Shown in pieces: positions 16,557-25,523 of a stretch of 32,000 bases of DNA. The first letter of the stretch is position 1. Every line of letters starts with the position of its first letter. This stretch comes from Mycolicibacterium smegmatis (GTDB taxonomy: Bacteria > Actinomycetota > Actinomycetes > Mycobacteriales > Mycobacteriaceae): contig NZ_LN831039.1 in the NCBI RefSeq assembly GCF_001457595.1, positions 5,070,001-5,102,000 of the forward strand, in the 5' to 3' direction. Below the pieces are notes generated by a model that had not been told where the DNA came from, made no database searches, and saw only the letters and a list, made by a program, of their open reading frames with translations. A program made the translations under genes and the position numbers.

Positions 16557-17188
16557 TCGCAGAGGATTCGGCGCTGCTGCGCGCCGGTATCGAACGGATA
16601 CTCGCCGACGCCGGTCACGACGTGATCGCGGGGGTGCCCGACGCGACGAACCTGCTGAACCTGGTCAACGAGCATCGGCCCGACCTGGCGATCCTCGACG
16701 TGCGCATGCCGCCGACGTTCACCGACGAGGGCATCCGGGCCGCCGCACTGTTGCGCAAACAGAATCCTGAATCCCCCGTGCTGGTGCTGTCGCATTACGT
16801 CGAAGAGCGTTATGCCTCCGACCTGATCGCCTCGGACACAAAGGGTTTCGGTTATCTGCTCAAAGACCGGGTGGCCGACGTGCCAGCGTTCCTCGACGCC
16901 GTCGAGGTGGTGGGGCGCGGCGGAACGGTGCTCGACCCAGAGGTGGTGAGTCAGATCTTGGTCCGTTCCCATCGACGTAGCGCGCTGGACCAACTGACCC
17001 CGCGCGAACACGACGTCCTGCAACTCATGGCCGAGGGCAAGACCAACTCGGCGATCGCCTCGGCCCTGCACATCTCGATCGGCTCCGCCGAGAAACACAT
17101 CGCATCGATCTTCACCAAGCTCGACCTGGCCCCCGACGAGAGCGAGAACCGCCGCGTGCTGGCGGTCCTGCGCTTCCTCGAGACCTAG
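16544..17188 (+). CDS. NarL/FixJ-family response regulator, 214 aa
   Basis: Receiver domain MRIVIAEDSALLRAG...LAILDVRMPP; LuxR HTH LTPREHDVLQLMAEGKTNSAIASALHISIGSAEKHIASIFTKL; overlaps the kinase gene end. Confidence 0.93.
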   Translation: MRIVIAEDSALLRAGIERILADAGHDVIAGVPDATNLLNLVNEHRPDLAILDVRMPPTFTDEGIRAAALLRKQNPESPVLVLSHYVEERYASDLIASDTKGFGYLLKDRVADVPAFLDAVEVVGRGGTVLDPEVVSQILVRSHRRSALDQLTPREHDVLQLMAEGKTNSAIASALHISIGSAEKHIASIFTKLDLAPDESENRRVLAVLRFLET

Positions 17189-17205
17189 ATCGGAAAGGAT
17201 CCATC

Positions 17206-18093
17206 GTGACCGTCACCGCGCCCCCGATCGAACCCGGGATCGAACCGCCGCCCCGGCTGTCCCCCGGCGGCCGCACCACGTTCCGCTTCCTGCTGGTCGC
17301 CGCGGCCGCGGTGATCCTCACCGCGGCGCTGGTGGGCCTGGGCGTCGCCGCGTGGGGTGTCAACGCCGTACGCGTCGTCACCGACCACCAGGCCCTGCCC
17401 GCGACCATGCGATCGGTGGTGATCGACACCGCGCGGGTGCCGATCGCGATCCGCATCGTCGCCGACCGCGAGACCCGGGAGGCCACCGCGAACCTGCGAC
17501 TGCTCAACACCACGCACAGCGGCGAGCACCGTCTCGGGGTGGTCAACGAGGGCCCCGACACCCGGATCACGATCGAGGGCAATCCGTCACCGGCGCTCGA
17601 ATGGGCCCGCGGCGGGGAGATCACCATCTCGCTGCCACCCGAGCAGGCCCGCAGGCTCACGGTGCGCACCGAGCAGAAGATCGGCGCCGTCATCGCCTCG
17701 GCCGACATCGACCAGCTGATCGCGAACAACACCGAAGGTGCGATCGTGCTCGGCGGGGCGGCGCGCAACATCGAACTGAACACCGTCAACGGCGAGGTGA
17801 TCTCGCGGGATCCCATCGCGGTCGCCGAACGGTTCAGTGCCACGACGTCCGACGGCGACATCGAGGTCGACTTCCGCGACAAGGCGCCGCGCACCATCGA
17901 CGCGGTCAGCCGCTCCGGTGACGTGATCCTCGGGGTGCCGGGACCCGGCCCCTACCTGGTGCACGCCGACTCGCGCGCGTCGACCAAGGTACGGGTGAAC
18001 GAGACCGGAAGTCCCAGCGCCGCGGCCGGCGAGATCACGGCACGCTCGGTCACCGGCGAGGTGGTCGTCGAGGACATCGCCCTCGACGAGTGA
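17206..18093 (+). CDS. Membrane-anchored DUF4097-like beta-helix protein, 295 aa
   Basis: GTG start; one TM helix, then ITIEGNPSPALEWARGGEITISLP...LNTVNGEVIS...ATTSDGDIEVDF...DAVSRSGDVILGVPGPG repeat-like strands. Confidence 0.75.
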   Translation: MTVTAPPIEPGIEPPPRLSPGGRTTFRFLLVAAAAVILTAALVGLGVAAWGVNAVRVVTDHQALPATMRSVVIDTARVPIAIRIVADRETREATANLRLLNTTHSGEHRLGVVNEGPDTRITIEGNPSPALEWARGGEITISLPPEQARRLTVRTEQKIGAVIASADIDQLIANNTEGAIVLGGAARNIELNTVNGEVISRDPIAVAERFSATTSDGDIEVDFRDKAPRTIDAVSRSGDVILGVPGPGPYLVHADSRASTKVRVNETGSPSAAAGEITARSVTGEVVVEDIALDE

Positions 18094-19116
18094 TCACGGG
18101 ACCAGCCGGCCCATGATCTCGGCGACGGTTCCGGGCCCGATGGCCCGGAACCCGGTGCCCGCCCAGATGTTGGTGGCGTGCGGATCACCCGCCGCCACCG
18201 ACGCCTTGCGCACCGGGCTGGTCAGGTAGTGGACCTCCGGGTAGCCGAACGGGGCCTGCGCCTCGTGGTCGACGACGAAGCGGTTGCGCAGCCCGCGGGC
18301 GTAGCGACCCGAAAACGCCCGTGTGACCACGGTTTCGGTGAATTCAGGGTTCTGCAGCGCGGCGCGGTGCACGTCGCTGCTACCGGCCTCCTCGGCCAGC
18401 AGGAACGCCGTACCCAGTTGCGCGGCAACGGCTCCCGCGGCCAGTACACCGGCCACATCGTCCGCGGTCACCAGACCGCCCGCGGCGATCACCGGCATGT
18501 CCATCGCCGCGACCACATCGTCGAGCAGTTCCTCCAGCGACTGGGTGGCCGGCGCCGCGGCGGGGTCGAACGTGCCGCGGTGCCCACCCGCGTTCGGCCC
18601 CTGCACGGCCAGCGCGTCGACGCCACGGCCATCGGCCTGCTCGGCCTCGTCGTAGCTGGTCACGGTGGCGACCGTGGTGATGCCGGCCTGGCGCAGGCGC
18701 TTGACCTCGTCGTCGTCGGGCAAGCCGAACGTGAACGACACGACCTCGGGCCGCAGATCTGCCACCACGTCGAGCTTGGCGGCCCAGGCGTCGTCGTCAT
18801 AGCGCGGCTCACCGAGTGCGACGCCGTAGCGCTCGGCCTCACCCGCCAGTGCCTGCGCGTAGGCCGCGATCTGCTCGGGTGTACCCGCACTCGGTTGCGG
18901 TGCAAAAAGATTCACACCGATCGGCTCCGAGGTGAGTTCACGTGTGGCCTTGATGCGTTCGGCCAGCGCGTCGGCGGTCAGGTACCCCGCGGCGATGAAC
19001 CCGAGGCCGCCGGCGTTGCTGCCCGCGGCCGCCAGCGCAGGCGTCGACGGGCCACCCGCCATCGGCGCGACGATCACCGGCCTCGTCAGCCCCCGCAGAT
19101 CGAAATCACCCATCAC
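18094..19116 (-). CDS. Nitronate monooxygenase family protein, 340 aa
   Basis: PVIVAPMAGGPSTPALAAAGSNAGGLGFIAAGYLT; VQGPNAGGHRGTF; PVIAAGGLVTADDVAGVLAAGAVAAQLGTAFL. Confidence 0.92.
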   Translation of the reverse strand: MMGDFDLRGLTRPVIVAPMAGGPSTPALAAAGSNAGGLGFIAAGYLTADALAERIKATRELTSEPIGVNLFAPQPSAGTPEQIAAYAQALAGEAERYGVALGEPRYDDDAWAAKLDVVADLRPEVVSFTFGLPDDDEVKRLRQAGITTVATVTSYDEAEQADGRGVDALAVQGPNAGGHRGTFDPAAAPATQSLEELLDDVVAAMDMPVIAAGGLVTADDVAGVLAAGAVAAQLGTAFLLAEEAGSSDVHRAALQNPEFTETVVTRAFSGRYARGLRNRFVVDHEAQAPFGYPEVHYLTSPVRKASVAAGDPHATNIWAGTGFRAIGPGTVAEIMGRLVP

Positions 19117-19646
19117 CGCACCGCCTTTCCGAACATCAACACATCCTGGGGTTCATTGCCGAGGTTGGGGAACACGCTGTACCGCACGAGGCGGCCCTCC
19201 AGGGTCAGGCCGCAGTGCCGCAGCACGCCGGCAGAACCCGCGTTGTCCACATGGCAGTACGCCGAGATCCGATACACGCGCGGATCGCGCTCGGTGTCGT
19301 CGATCAGCACCGACATCGCCTCGGACATGAGTCCGCGCCGCCACCAGGGCCGCCCCAGACAGTAGCCCAGTTCGACCTCGTGTGCCTGCGGCCGGCGCCT
19401 GCCACACAACCCCACCACCTCACCATCGGCCTCGATCAGCCACGACTCCTCGGATCCGATGTTGAACAACGTCGTGATGACACGGCGCGTTTCCGCCACA
19501 TCCGCATGAGGTTTCCAGGACAGGTACCGCGTGACCTCGGGATCTGACGCTACCCGCGTGTACAGGGCCTCGGCGTCATCGGGCACGGGTTCGCGCAGGC
19601 GCACACGCGGGCCGGTCAGCGTCGGGACGTGCAGCATGGTTCCCAT
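19113..19646 (-). CDS. GNAT-family N-acetyltransferase (RimJ/RimL-like), 177 aa
   Basis: LRLREPVPDDAEALYTRV; HVDNAGSAGVLRHCGLTLEGRLVRY; overlaps the downstream gene start. Confidence 0.9.
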   Translation of the reverse strand: MGTMLHVPTLTGPRVRLREPVPDDAEALYTRVASDPEVTRYLSWKPHADVAETRRVITTLFNIGSEESWLIEADGEVVGLCGRRRPQAHEVELGYCLGRPWWRRGLMSEAMSVLIDDTERDPRVYRISAYCHVDNAGSAGVLRHCGLTLEGRLVRYSVFPNLGNEPQDVLMFGKAVR

Positions 19647-19686
19647 CCTGCAGGGTTGCCGCGCTCGCGGGCCACGGGTTTACTCG

Positions 19687-20076
19687 ATGACGATGGCCAT
19701 AGCGTTCAACCACACCATCGTCGCCGCCAGGGATCGGCGGGAATCCGCCACGTTTCTCACCGAACTGTTCGGGCTTCCCGAACCGAAGGAGTTCGGCCAT
19801 TTCCTGGCCGTCGCACTCGAACACGGCGTCACCCTCGACTACGCGCAGGTCGGCGAGAGTGAGGAGATCCGGCCGCAGCACTACGCATTTCTGGTGTCCG
19901 AGGACGACTTCGACGCGATCTACGGCAAGATCCGCGACCGGAACCTGCCGCACTGGGCCGATCCGCGCGGCAGCAGGCCCGGCGAGATCAACCACAACGA
20001 CGGCGGACGCGGCGTGTACTTCCAGGACCCGTCCGGGCACTATCTGGAGATCATCACGCGCCCGTACGGCGGCTGA
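19687..20076 (+). CDS. VOC-family (glyoxalase-like) protein, 129 aa
   Basis: MTMAIAFNHTIVAARDRRESATFLTELFGL...GVYFQDPSGHYLEIITRPYG. Confidence 0.88.
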   Translation: MTMAIAFNHTIVAARDRRESATFLTELFGLPEPKEFGHFLAVALEHGVTLDYAQVGESEEIRPQHYAFLVSEDDFDAIYGKIRDRNLPHWADPRGSRPGEINHNDGGRGVYFQDPSGHYLEIITRPYGG

Positions 20077-20547
20077 TCAGCCGTGGCCGCGCTGTTCTTC
20101 CTGAGCGCGGTAGACGTCGGCCAGTTTCACGACGTGGGCAGGCAACGCCCCGGCCGCCACGTCGGAAAGACTGGTCTCCTCCAGCACCGAGCGCATGCTG
20201 GCGCGCAGGGCCCGCCACACATCCGTCAGCGCGGCCGTCGGCCCGGAATACGGCAGGTCGCCGAGCCCGATGTCGCGCACGCTGGCCAGCGGACCGTCGA
20301 TGCAACGCAGCACGTCGGCGATGCTGATCGCGTCGGCAGGCCGCGCCAGCGCGTATCCGCCGTCGCGGCCGCGGTGGCTGCGCACCAGCCGATCGGTGCG
20401 CAGGTCGGACAGGATGTCGACGAGGAACTGTGCGGGGATGCCCTGGGCCCTGGCCAGATCGTCGGTTTTCAGCAGTTCGCCGTCGCTGACGGTGGCCAAC
20501 TGAACCATGGCGCGGACGGCATACTCCGCCTTCGCCGACATCCGCAT
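20077..20547 (-). CDS. Rrf2-family transcriptional regulator, ~156 aa
   Basis: [18 protein letters not shown]...[42 protein letters not shown] single Cys in the usual cluster region. Confidence 0.9.
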   Translation of the reverse strand: MRMSAKAEYAVRAMVQLATVSDGELLKTDDLARAQGIPAQFLVDILSDLRTDRLVRSHRGRDGGYALARPADAISIADVLRCIDGPLASVRDIGLGDLPYSGPTAALTDVWRALRASMRSVLEETSLSDVAAGALPAHVVKLADVYRAQEEQRGHG

Positions 20548-20589
20548 GCCCTGGATTCTGCCAGCCCACCGGTGCGGGCCGGCCTCCAC

Positions 20590-21264
20590 CTACCGTGCGC
20601 GCGTGTTGCGCAGATCGCCGGTCATGCCGCGCACCGACGGCGGCAGCGGGGTTCCGGCAGGGACGTCCGGGGCGGTGAGCGGCGCACCGTACCGCGTCGT
20701 CAGCGGGACGACGCCGGCCCACCCGCCGGCCGCGATGTCGTCGTCGGCGTCGTCGGGCCACCCCTCGCTGAGCTTGAGCGACCAGTTGTCGTCGCCGATC
20801 GGGAGTGCCAACGCGAGCGTCGCCGCGAGTTCCTTGCGCGTGCTCGCGCGCAGTTCGGCGGTGCGGCCCGGGATGAAGCGGTCGGTCAGCGCGTCCAGAT
20901 ACCCGGGTTTGGCGTCCTCGGCGATCACCGCGAACGTGCCGAACAGCGTCGCGCTGCGGTAGCGGAACGACGATTCGAAACTGCTGCGCGCCACCACCAC
21001 ACCGTCGAGCGCGGTCACCGACACCGCGGCGGGCGCACCCTCGGCGAGTGCGCGCAGCCACGGTGATCCGGTGGAGCCGTGGATCACCAATTCGTCGCCG
21101 ACCCTGCCGAATCCGATCGGGAACGCGACGGGATGACCGTCGCGCACCAGTGCGACGGTGGCCAGCGGGATGGTGTCGAGCAGATCGTCCAGCCGTTCGC
21201 GCGACGTGCTCTGCTTCTCATCGAGACGCGTGACGCGAGTGGATGGTTTCGAGACGTCGGTCAA
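20590..21264 (-). CDS. Pyridoxamine 5'-phosphate oxidase-like FMN split-barrel protein, ~224 aa
   Basis: ATVALVRDGHPVAFPIGFGRVGDELVIHGSTGSPWLRALAEGAPAAVSVTALDGVVVARS; probable TTG start overlapping the upstream stop. Confidence 0.8.
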   Translation of the reverse strand: MTDVSKPSTRVTRLDEKQSTSRERLDDLLDTIPLATVALVRDGHPVAFPIGFGRVGDELVIHGSTGSPWLRALAEGAPAAVSVTALDGVVVARSSFESSFRYRSATLFGTFAVIAEDAKPGYLDALTDRFIPGRTAELRASTRKELAATLALALPIGDDNWSLKLSEGWPDDADDDIAAGGWAGVVPLTTRYGAPLTAPDVPAGTPLPPSVRGMTGDLRNTRAR

Positions 21265-21857
21265 TCCGGGATGCTTCCCACGTCCGGGACGACGACGGCG
21301 AACAGATCGGCGATGGCCGCCAGGCTCGCCGACTGCATGGCCGAGGCGGGAACCAGATTGCCGTCGGGGCCGGGCAGCGAACGCGTCGCGGTCGCTGCGG
21401 CCACCACGGTCGGGGCGAACCCGAGGTTGAACGCGCCGCGCGCCGTGGAGTTGACGCACATATGCGTCATGAACCCGGCCAGCACCAGGTTCGAGGCGCT
21501 CACGGCCTGCAGGCGCTCCTGAAGATCGGTCTGCACGAACGAGTTCGGGAAGTTCTTGACCACCACGGGCTCGTCGCCGCGCGGCGCCACCGAGTCGACG
21601 ATCGCGCCGATCTCCTCACGGACGTCGTACGGCGAACCCGGTCCTGAATCGTGCTGGATGTGGATGATCGGGATTCCCGCGGTGCGGGCGCGGTCGAGCA
21701 GTTCGGCCGTCGCGTCGAGCGCGGCCTGCACGCCCTCGAGCTCCATGACACCCCGGGTGTAGGTGTTCTGGCAGTCGATCAGCACCAGCGCCGAGTCCGC
21801 GAGGCGCACCGGCTCGGCGGGCAGGCTGGAGATCTCACGCAGTGTGGGTCGGGTCAC
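21261..21857 (-). CDS. Isochorismatase-family cysteine hydrolase, 198 aa
   Basis: ALVLIDCQNTYTRG (Asp), VVVKNFPNSF (Lys), LVLAGFMTHMCVNSTARGAFNLGF (catalytic Cys). Confidence 0.9.
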   Translation of the reverse strand: MTRPTLREISSLPAEPVRLADSALVLIDCQNTYTRGVMELEGVQAALDATAELLDRARTAGIPIIHIQHDSGPGSPYDVREEIGAIVDSVAPRGDEPVVVKNFPNSFVQTDLQERLQAVSASNLVLAGFMTHMCVNSTARGAFNLGFAPTVVAAATATRSLPGPDGNLVPASAMQSASLAAIADLFAVVVPDVGSIPD

Positions 21858-21904
21858 GGCGCCAGCCTACTGACCGGCGCCTCGCGGCAACAGAGGCGCA
21901 CCGA

Positions 21905-22636
21905 TCAGGACCGCGTGACCGCCAGTACCTGCTCGGCCAGTTCGGGGCGGCACACGATCAGATCGGGCAGCCTGGGATCGCGGGCGTTGTAACGCAGCGG
22001 CGACCCGTCGATGCGCGAGGTGTGCATACCCGCCGCGCGGGCCACGGCGACGGGCGCCGCCGAATCCCACTCGTACTGGCCGCCCGCGTGCACGTACACG
22101 TCGGCGTGCCCGCGGATGACGGCGGCGACTTTGGCTCCCGCCGAACCCATTTCGACCAGCGTGCCGTCGAGCGCGTCGCGCACCGCCAGCGCGATCGCCG
22201 GCGGCCTGGTACGTGACACCACGACGCGCGGCGGCCCTTCGAGCGGCAGCGGGCCGGCCACCTCGGGTGTGGACAGCGTCATGTTCTGCGCGGGCAGCGC
22301 GACCGCCCCCGCGACCAGCTCCCCCGCTTGCCACAGCGCCACGTGCACGGCCCAGTCCTCGCGGCCGAGTTCGGAGAACTCGCGTGTGCCGTCGAGCGGG
22401 TCGACGATCCACACCCGCTCGGCGTCCAGCCGCGCGGGATCGTCGACACCCTCCTCGGACAGCACCGCGTCACCGGGGCGCTGCCTGGCCAGCTCGGCCA
22501 TGAGGAAATCGTGGGACTGCTTGTCGCCCGCGGCCTTACGGTCCTGCGCCGGCGCGTCGGCGAAATCGGCACGCACGTCGAGCAGCAGGTCCCCGGCGCG
22601 GGTCGCGAGCCGGGCGGCCAGCTCGTGGTCGTTCAC
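21905..22636 (-). CDS. cysQ: 3'(2'),5'-bisphosphate nucleotidase CysQ, 243 aa
   Basis: Inositol monophosphatase fold: VLSEEGVDDPARL, VWIVDPLDGTREFSE, YEWDSAAPVAVARAAG; adjacent to cysNC. Confidence 0.88.
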   Translation of the reverse strand: MNDHELAARLATRAGDLLLDVRADFADAPAQDRKAAGDKQSHDFLMAELARQRPGDAVLSEEGVDDPARLDAERVWIVDPLDGTREFSELGREDWAVHVALWQAGELVAGAVALPAQNMTLSTPEVAGPLPLEGPPRVVVSRTRPPAIALAVRDALDGTLVEMGSAGAKVAAVIRGHADVYVHAGGQYEWDSAAPVAVARAAGMHTSRIDGSPLRYNARDPRLPDLIVCRPELAEQVLAVTRS

Positions 22637-24486
22637 CTACGGGTCTCCAGCATCTCGATCACCATATCGGCCAACTCGTCGAGCGAATGCTCGGGCGTGA
22701 GCCGCAGATCGGGATGCTTGGGCCGCTGGTACGGGCTGTCGATACCGGTGAAATGCGTGATCTCACCGGCGCGGGCCTTGGCGTACAGGCCCTTGGGATC
22801 GCGTGCCTCGCAATCGGCCAGCGGCGTGTCGCAGAAGACCTCGAAGAACTCGACACCGCTCTCGGTGGACACCCGCCGCGCCAGTTCGCGGTGCTCCTCG
22901 AGCGGGCTGATGGCAGGCACCAGCACGATCTGCCCGGAATCGGCGAGCAGCGACGCGACGTGCGCCAGGCGGCGCAGGTTCTCGGCGCGGTCGGCCATCG
23001 AGAAGCCCAGATCGGCGTTGAGGCCGTGGCGCAGGTTGTCGCCGTCCAGCACGTACGCCGGGACACCCTTGCCCAGCAGCTTCTGCTCGACGAGCATCGC
23101 GACCGACGACTTGCCCGAACCCGAAAGGCCGGTGAACCACACGGTGCGCCCGCGGGTCAGCCGGTCCTCGGCGGTGATCAGGTTCTCGTGGCGCACGGTG
23201 TTGGGGCTCGCGGATTCGTTGCGGGCGTCGCGCAGCACCATGCCCGCACCCACGGTGCCGTTGGTGTGCGGATCTATCAGGATGAACGAGCCCGTCGCGG
23301 GGTTGCGGCTGTACTCGTCGAGCAGCAGCGGCGTGCGCGTGCGCAGTGAGATCCGGCCCAGCTCGTTGAGTTTGAGCGCGGTCGCGGACTTGTCGCGGTG
23401 CAGCGTGTTGACGTCGAGGCGGTAGTCCAGATCGACCACCTTGGCGCGCGTGGTGCGCGTGGTGTGCTTGATCAGGTACTCGCGGCCCGGTTCGAGCGAT
23501 GCGTCGTCGGCCATCCAGCACACCGTGGCGTCGAAGTCCTGCGTGACGCGGGGCTGGTTGCCCGGCCGGGCGATCATGTCGCCGCGGCTGATGTCGATGT
23601 CGTCGGCCAGGCTGATCGACACCGCCATCGGCGGGAACGCCTCGTCGACCGGCCCACTGGGACCGGCGATCTCGGTGATGCGGCTGGACTTGCCGCTGGG
23701 CAGCACCACGATCTCGTCACCCGGGCGCATGACGCCGCTGGCGACGGTGCCCGCGTAGCTGCGGTGGTCGGCGTGGTCGAGCGTCTGGGGCCGGATCACG
23801 TACTGCACGGGGAACCGCACGTCGACCAGGTTGCGGTCACCGGCGATGTAGACGTCTTCGAGGTGGGCCAGCAGGGCCGGGCCCTCGTACCACGGGGTCT
23901 TGTCACTCTTGGTGACGACGTTGTCGCCCTGCAGCGCCGACAGCGGGATGGCGGTGACGTCGTGGACGTCCAAACGCGCTGCGAATGTGTGGAATTCGTC
24001 GCGGATCGCCTCGAAGCGCTCCTGGTCCCAGCCGATGAGGTCCATCTTGTTGACGGCCAGCACGATGTGCCGGATGCCCAGCAGCGACGCCAGGAACGCG
24101 TGCCTGCGCGACTGTTCGAGCAGGCCGTTGCGGGCGTCGACCAGTACGATCGCCAGCTGTGCGGTGGACGTGCCGGTGACCATGTTGCGGGTGTACTGGA
24201 TGTGGCCCGGGGTGTCGGCGATGATGAATTTCCGCTTGGCCGTGGCGAAGTAGCGGTAGGCGACGTCGATCGTGATGCCCTGCTCGCGCTCGGCGCGCAG
24301 ACCGTCGGTGACCAGCGCCAGATCGGTGTAGTCGTGCCCGCGTTCCTTGGAGGTGCGCTCGACGGCCGCGAGCTGATCCTCCATGACGGCCTTCGAGTCG
24401 TACAGCAGCCGGCCGATCAGCGTGGACTTGCCGTCGTCGACCGAACCCGCCGTCGCAAGCCGCAGCAGAGTCGTGTTGGCGCTCAT
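22633..24486 (-). CDS. cysN: Bifunctional sulfate adenylyltransferase subunit 1/adenylylsulfate kinase, 617 aa
   Basis: GTPase motifs GSVDDGKSTLIGRLLYD, DTPGH and NKMD; C-terminal APS kinase FTGLSGSGKSSVAM...LDGDNLRHGLNADLGFS. ATG at 24486. Confidence 0.96.
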   Translation of the reverse strand: MSANTTLLRLATAGSVDDGKSTLIGRLLYDSKAVMEDQLAAVERTSKERGHDYTDLALVTDGLRAEREQGITIDVAYRYFATAKRKFIIADTPGHIQYTRNMVTGTSTAQLAIVLVDARNGLLEQSRRHAFLASLLGIRHIVLAVNKMDLIGWDQERFEAIRDEFHTFAARLDVHDVTAIPLSALQGDNVVTKSDKTPWYEGPALLAHLEDVYIAGDRNLVDVRFPVQYVIRPQTLDHADHRSYAGTVASGVMRPGDEIVVLPSGKSSRITEIAGPSGPVDEAFPPMAVSISLADDIDISRGDMIARPGNQPRVTQDFDATVCWMADDASLEPGREYLIKHTTRTTRAKVVDLDYRLDVNTLHRDKSATALKLNELGRISLRTRTPLLLDEYSRNPATGSFILIDPHTNGTVGAGMVLRDARNESASPNTVRHENLITAEDRLTRGRTVWFTGLSGSGKSSVAMLVEQKLLGKGVPAYVLDGDNLRHGLNADLGFSMADRAENLRRLAHVASLLADSGQIVLVPAISPLEEHRELARRVSTESGVEFFEVFCDTPLADCEARDPKGLYAKARAGEITHFTGIDSPYQRPKHPDLRLTPEHSLDELADMVIEMLETRR

Positions 24487-25421
24487 CAGAAATACCCCTC
24501 GCGCTTGCGGTCTTCCATGCCGGCCTCGGAGATGCGGTCGTCGGCGCGGGTCGCGCCGCGCTCGGTCAGCCGCGACACCGCGGTCTCGGCGATGACCTGT
24601 TCGACGGTGGCCGCGGTGGACTCGACGCAACCCGTGCAGGTGACGTCACCGACGGTGCGGAACCGCACGGAGGTCTCGAAGACCTCTTCGCCGTCGCGGG
24701 GCTGCATGAACTCGTGGACGGCGAGCAGCATGCCGTCGCGTCCGAACACCTTGCGCTGGTGCGCGTAGTAGATGGAAGGGAGCGTGATGTCCTCGGCGCC
24801 GATGTAGGCCCAGATGTCGTACTCGGTCCAGTTGGACAGCGGGAACACGCGGATGTGCTCCCCCTTGCGGTGGCGGCCGTTGTAGATGTTCCACAGTTCG
24901 GGGCGCTGGGCCTTGGGGTCCCACTGGCCGAACTCGTCGCGGAAGCTGAACACGCGCTCCTTGGCGCGGGCCTTCTCCTCGTCGCGGCGCGCGCCGCCGA
25001 ACGCGGCGTCGAACTTGTTCTCACGGATGCCGCGCAGCAGCGTCACGGTCTGCAGCGGGTTGCGCGACGGGCCGTTGTCCACCACGCGTCCGGCGTCGAT
25101 GTCGTCCTGCACGCTGGCGACCACCAGACGCAGGCCGTGCTTCTCCACCAGCGCGTCGCGGGTGGCGATGACCTCTTCGAAGTTGTGGCCCGTGTCGACG
25201 TGCATGACCGGGAACGGCAGGCGACCGGGTGCGAACGCCTTGATCGCCAGGTGCAGCATCACGATCGAGTCCTTGCCGCCGGAGAACAGCAGCACGGGAC
25301 GCTCGAACTCGGCGGCCACCTCACGGATGATGTGGATGGCCTCGGCTTCCAGGGCCCGCAGGTGGCTCAGCTCGTACTGACCGGTGCGGGTCTGCGCTGG
25401 GGCGCTGTCGACTGCGGTCAT
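24486..25421 (-). CDS. cysD: Sulfate adenylyltransferase subunit 2, 311 aa
   Basis: LLFSGGKDSIVMLHLAIKAF (PP-loop), FPVMHVDTGHNFEEVI, AFGGARRDEEKARAKERVFSFRDE. Confidence 0.97.
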   Translation of the reverse strand: MTAVDSAPAQTRTGQYELSHLRALEAEAIHIIREVAAEFERPVLLFSGGKDSIVMLHLAIKAFAPGRLPFPVMHVDTGHNFEEVIATRDALVEKHGLRLVVASVQDDIDAGRVVDNGPSRNPLQTVTLLRGIRENKFDAAFGGARRDEEKARAKERVFSFRDEFGQWDPKAQRPELWNIYNGRHRKGEHIRVFPLSNWTEYDIWAYIGAEDITLPSIYYAHQRKVFGRDGMLLAVHEFMQPRDGEEVFETSVRFRTVGDVTCTGCVESTAATVEQVIAETAVSRLTERGATRADDRISEAGMEDRKREGYF

Positions 25422-25466
25422 CTACTTCCCCATTAAGTTGGTAGAACTGGCCAGGATTGTAAGCAT
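25422..25466 (-). CDS. Candidate 14-codon leader peptide MLTILASSTNLMGK, stop TAG abutting the cysD ATG
   Basis: Minus-strand ATGCTTACAATCCTGGCCAGTTCTACCAACTTAATGGGGAAGTAG directly before ATGACC (cysD); a predicted promoter would start transcription at or next to its ATG. Confidence 0.4.
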   Translation of the reverse strand: MLTILASSTNLMGK

Positions 25467-25473
25467 GACGTGG

Positions 25474-25502
25474 AATGTAACGGCGGGTCTGACGACTGTC
25501 AA
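25474..25502 (-). promoter_or_regulatory. SigA-like promoter TTGACA-N17-TACATT for the cysD operon
   Basis: Minus strand TTGACAGTCGTCAGACCCGCCGTTACATT; exact -35 consensus, 17-bp spacer, TANNNT -10. Confidence 0.7.
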
Positions 25503-25523
25503 TAATTCCGCTCACGCACCTGC

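Noticed and set aside
15896-17098. 400-aa minus-strand ORF opposite the histidine kinase and response regulator
   Set aside because: Shadow ORF; sense-strand genes have unambiguous domains.
22328-24768. Long plus-strand ORFs (365 and 456 aa) opposite cysNC
   Set aside because: Antisense to a clearly conserved cysNC gene; Arg/His/Pro-rich translations typical of high-GC shadow ORFs.
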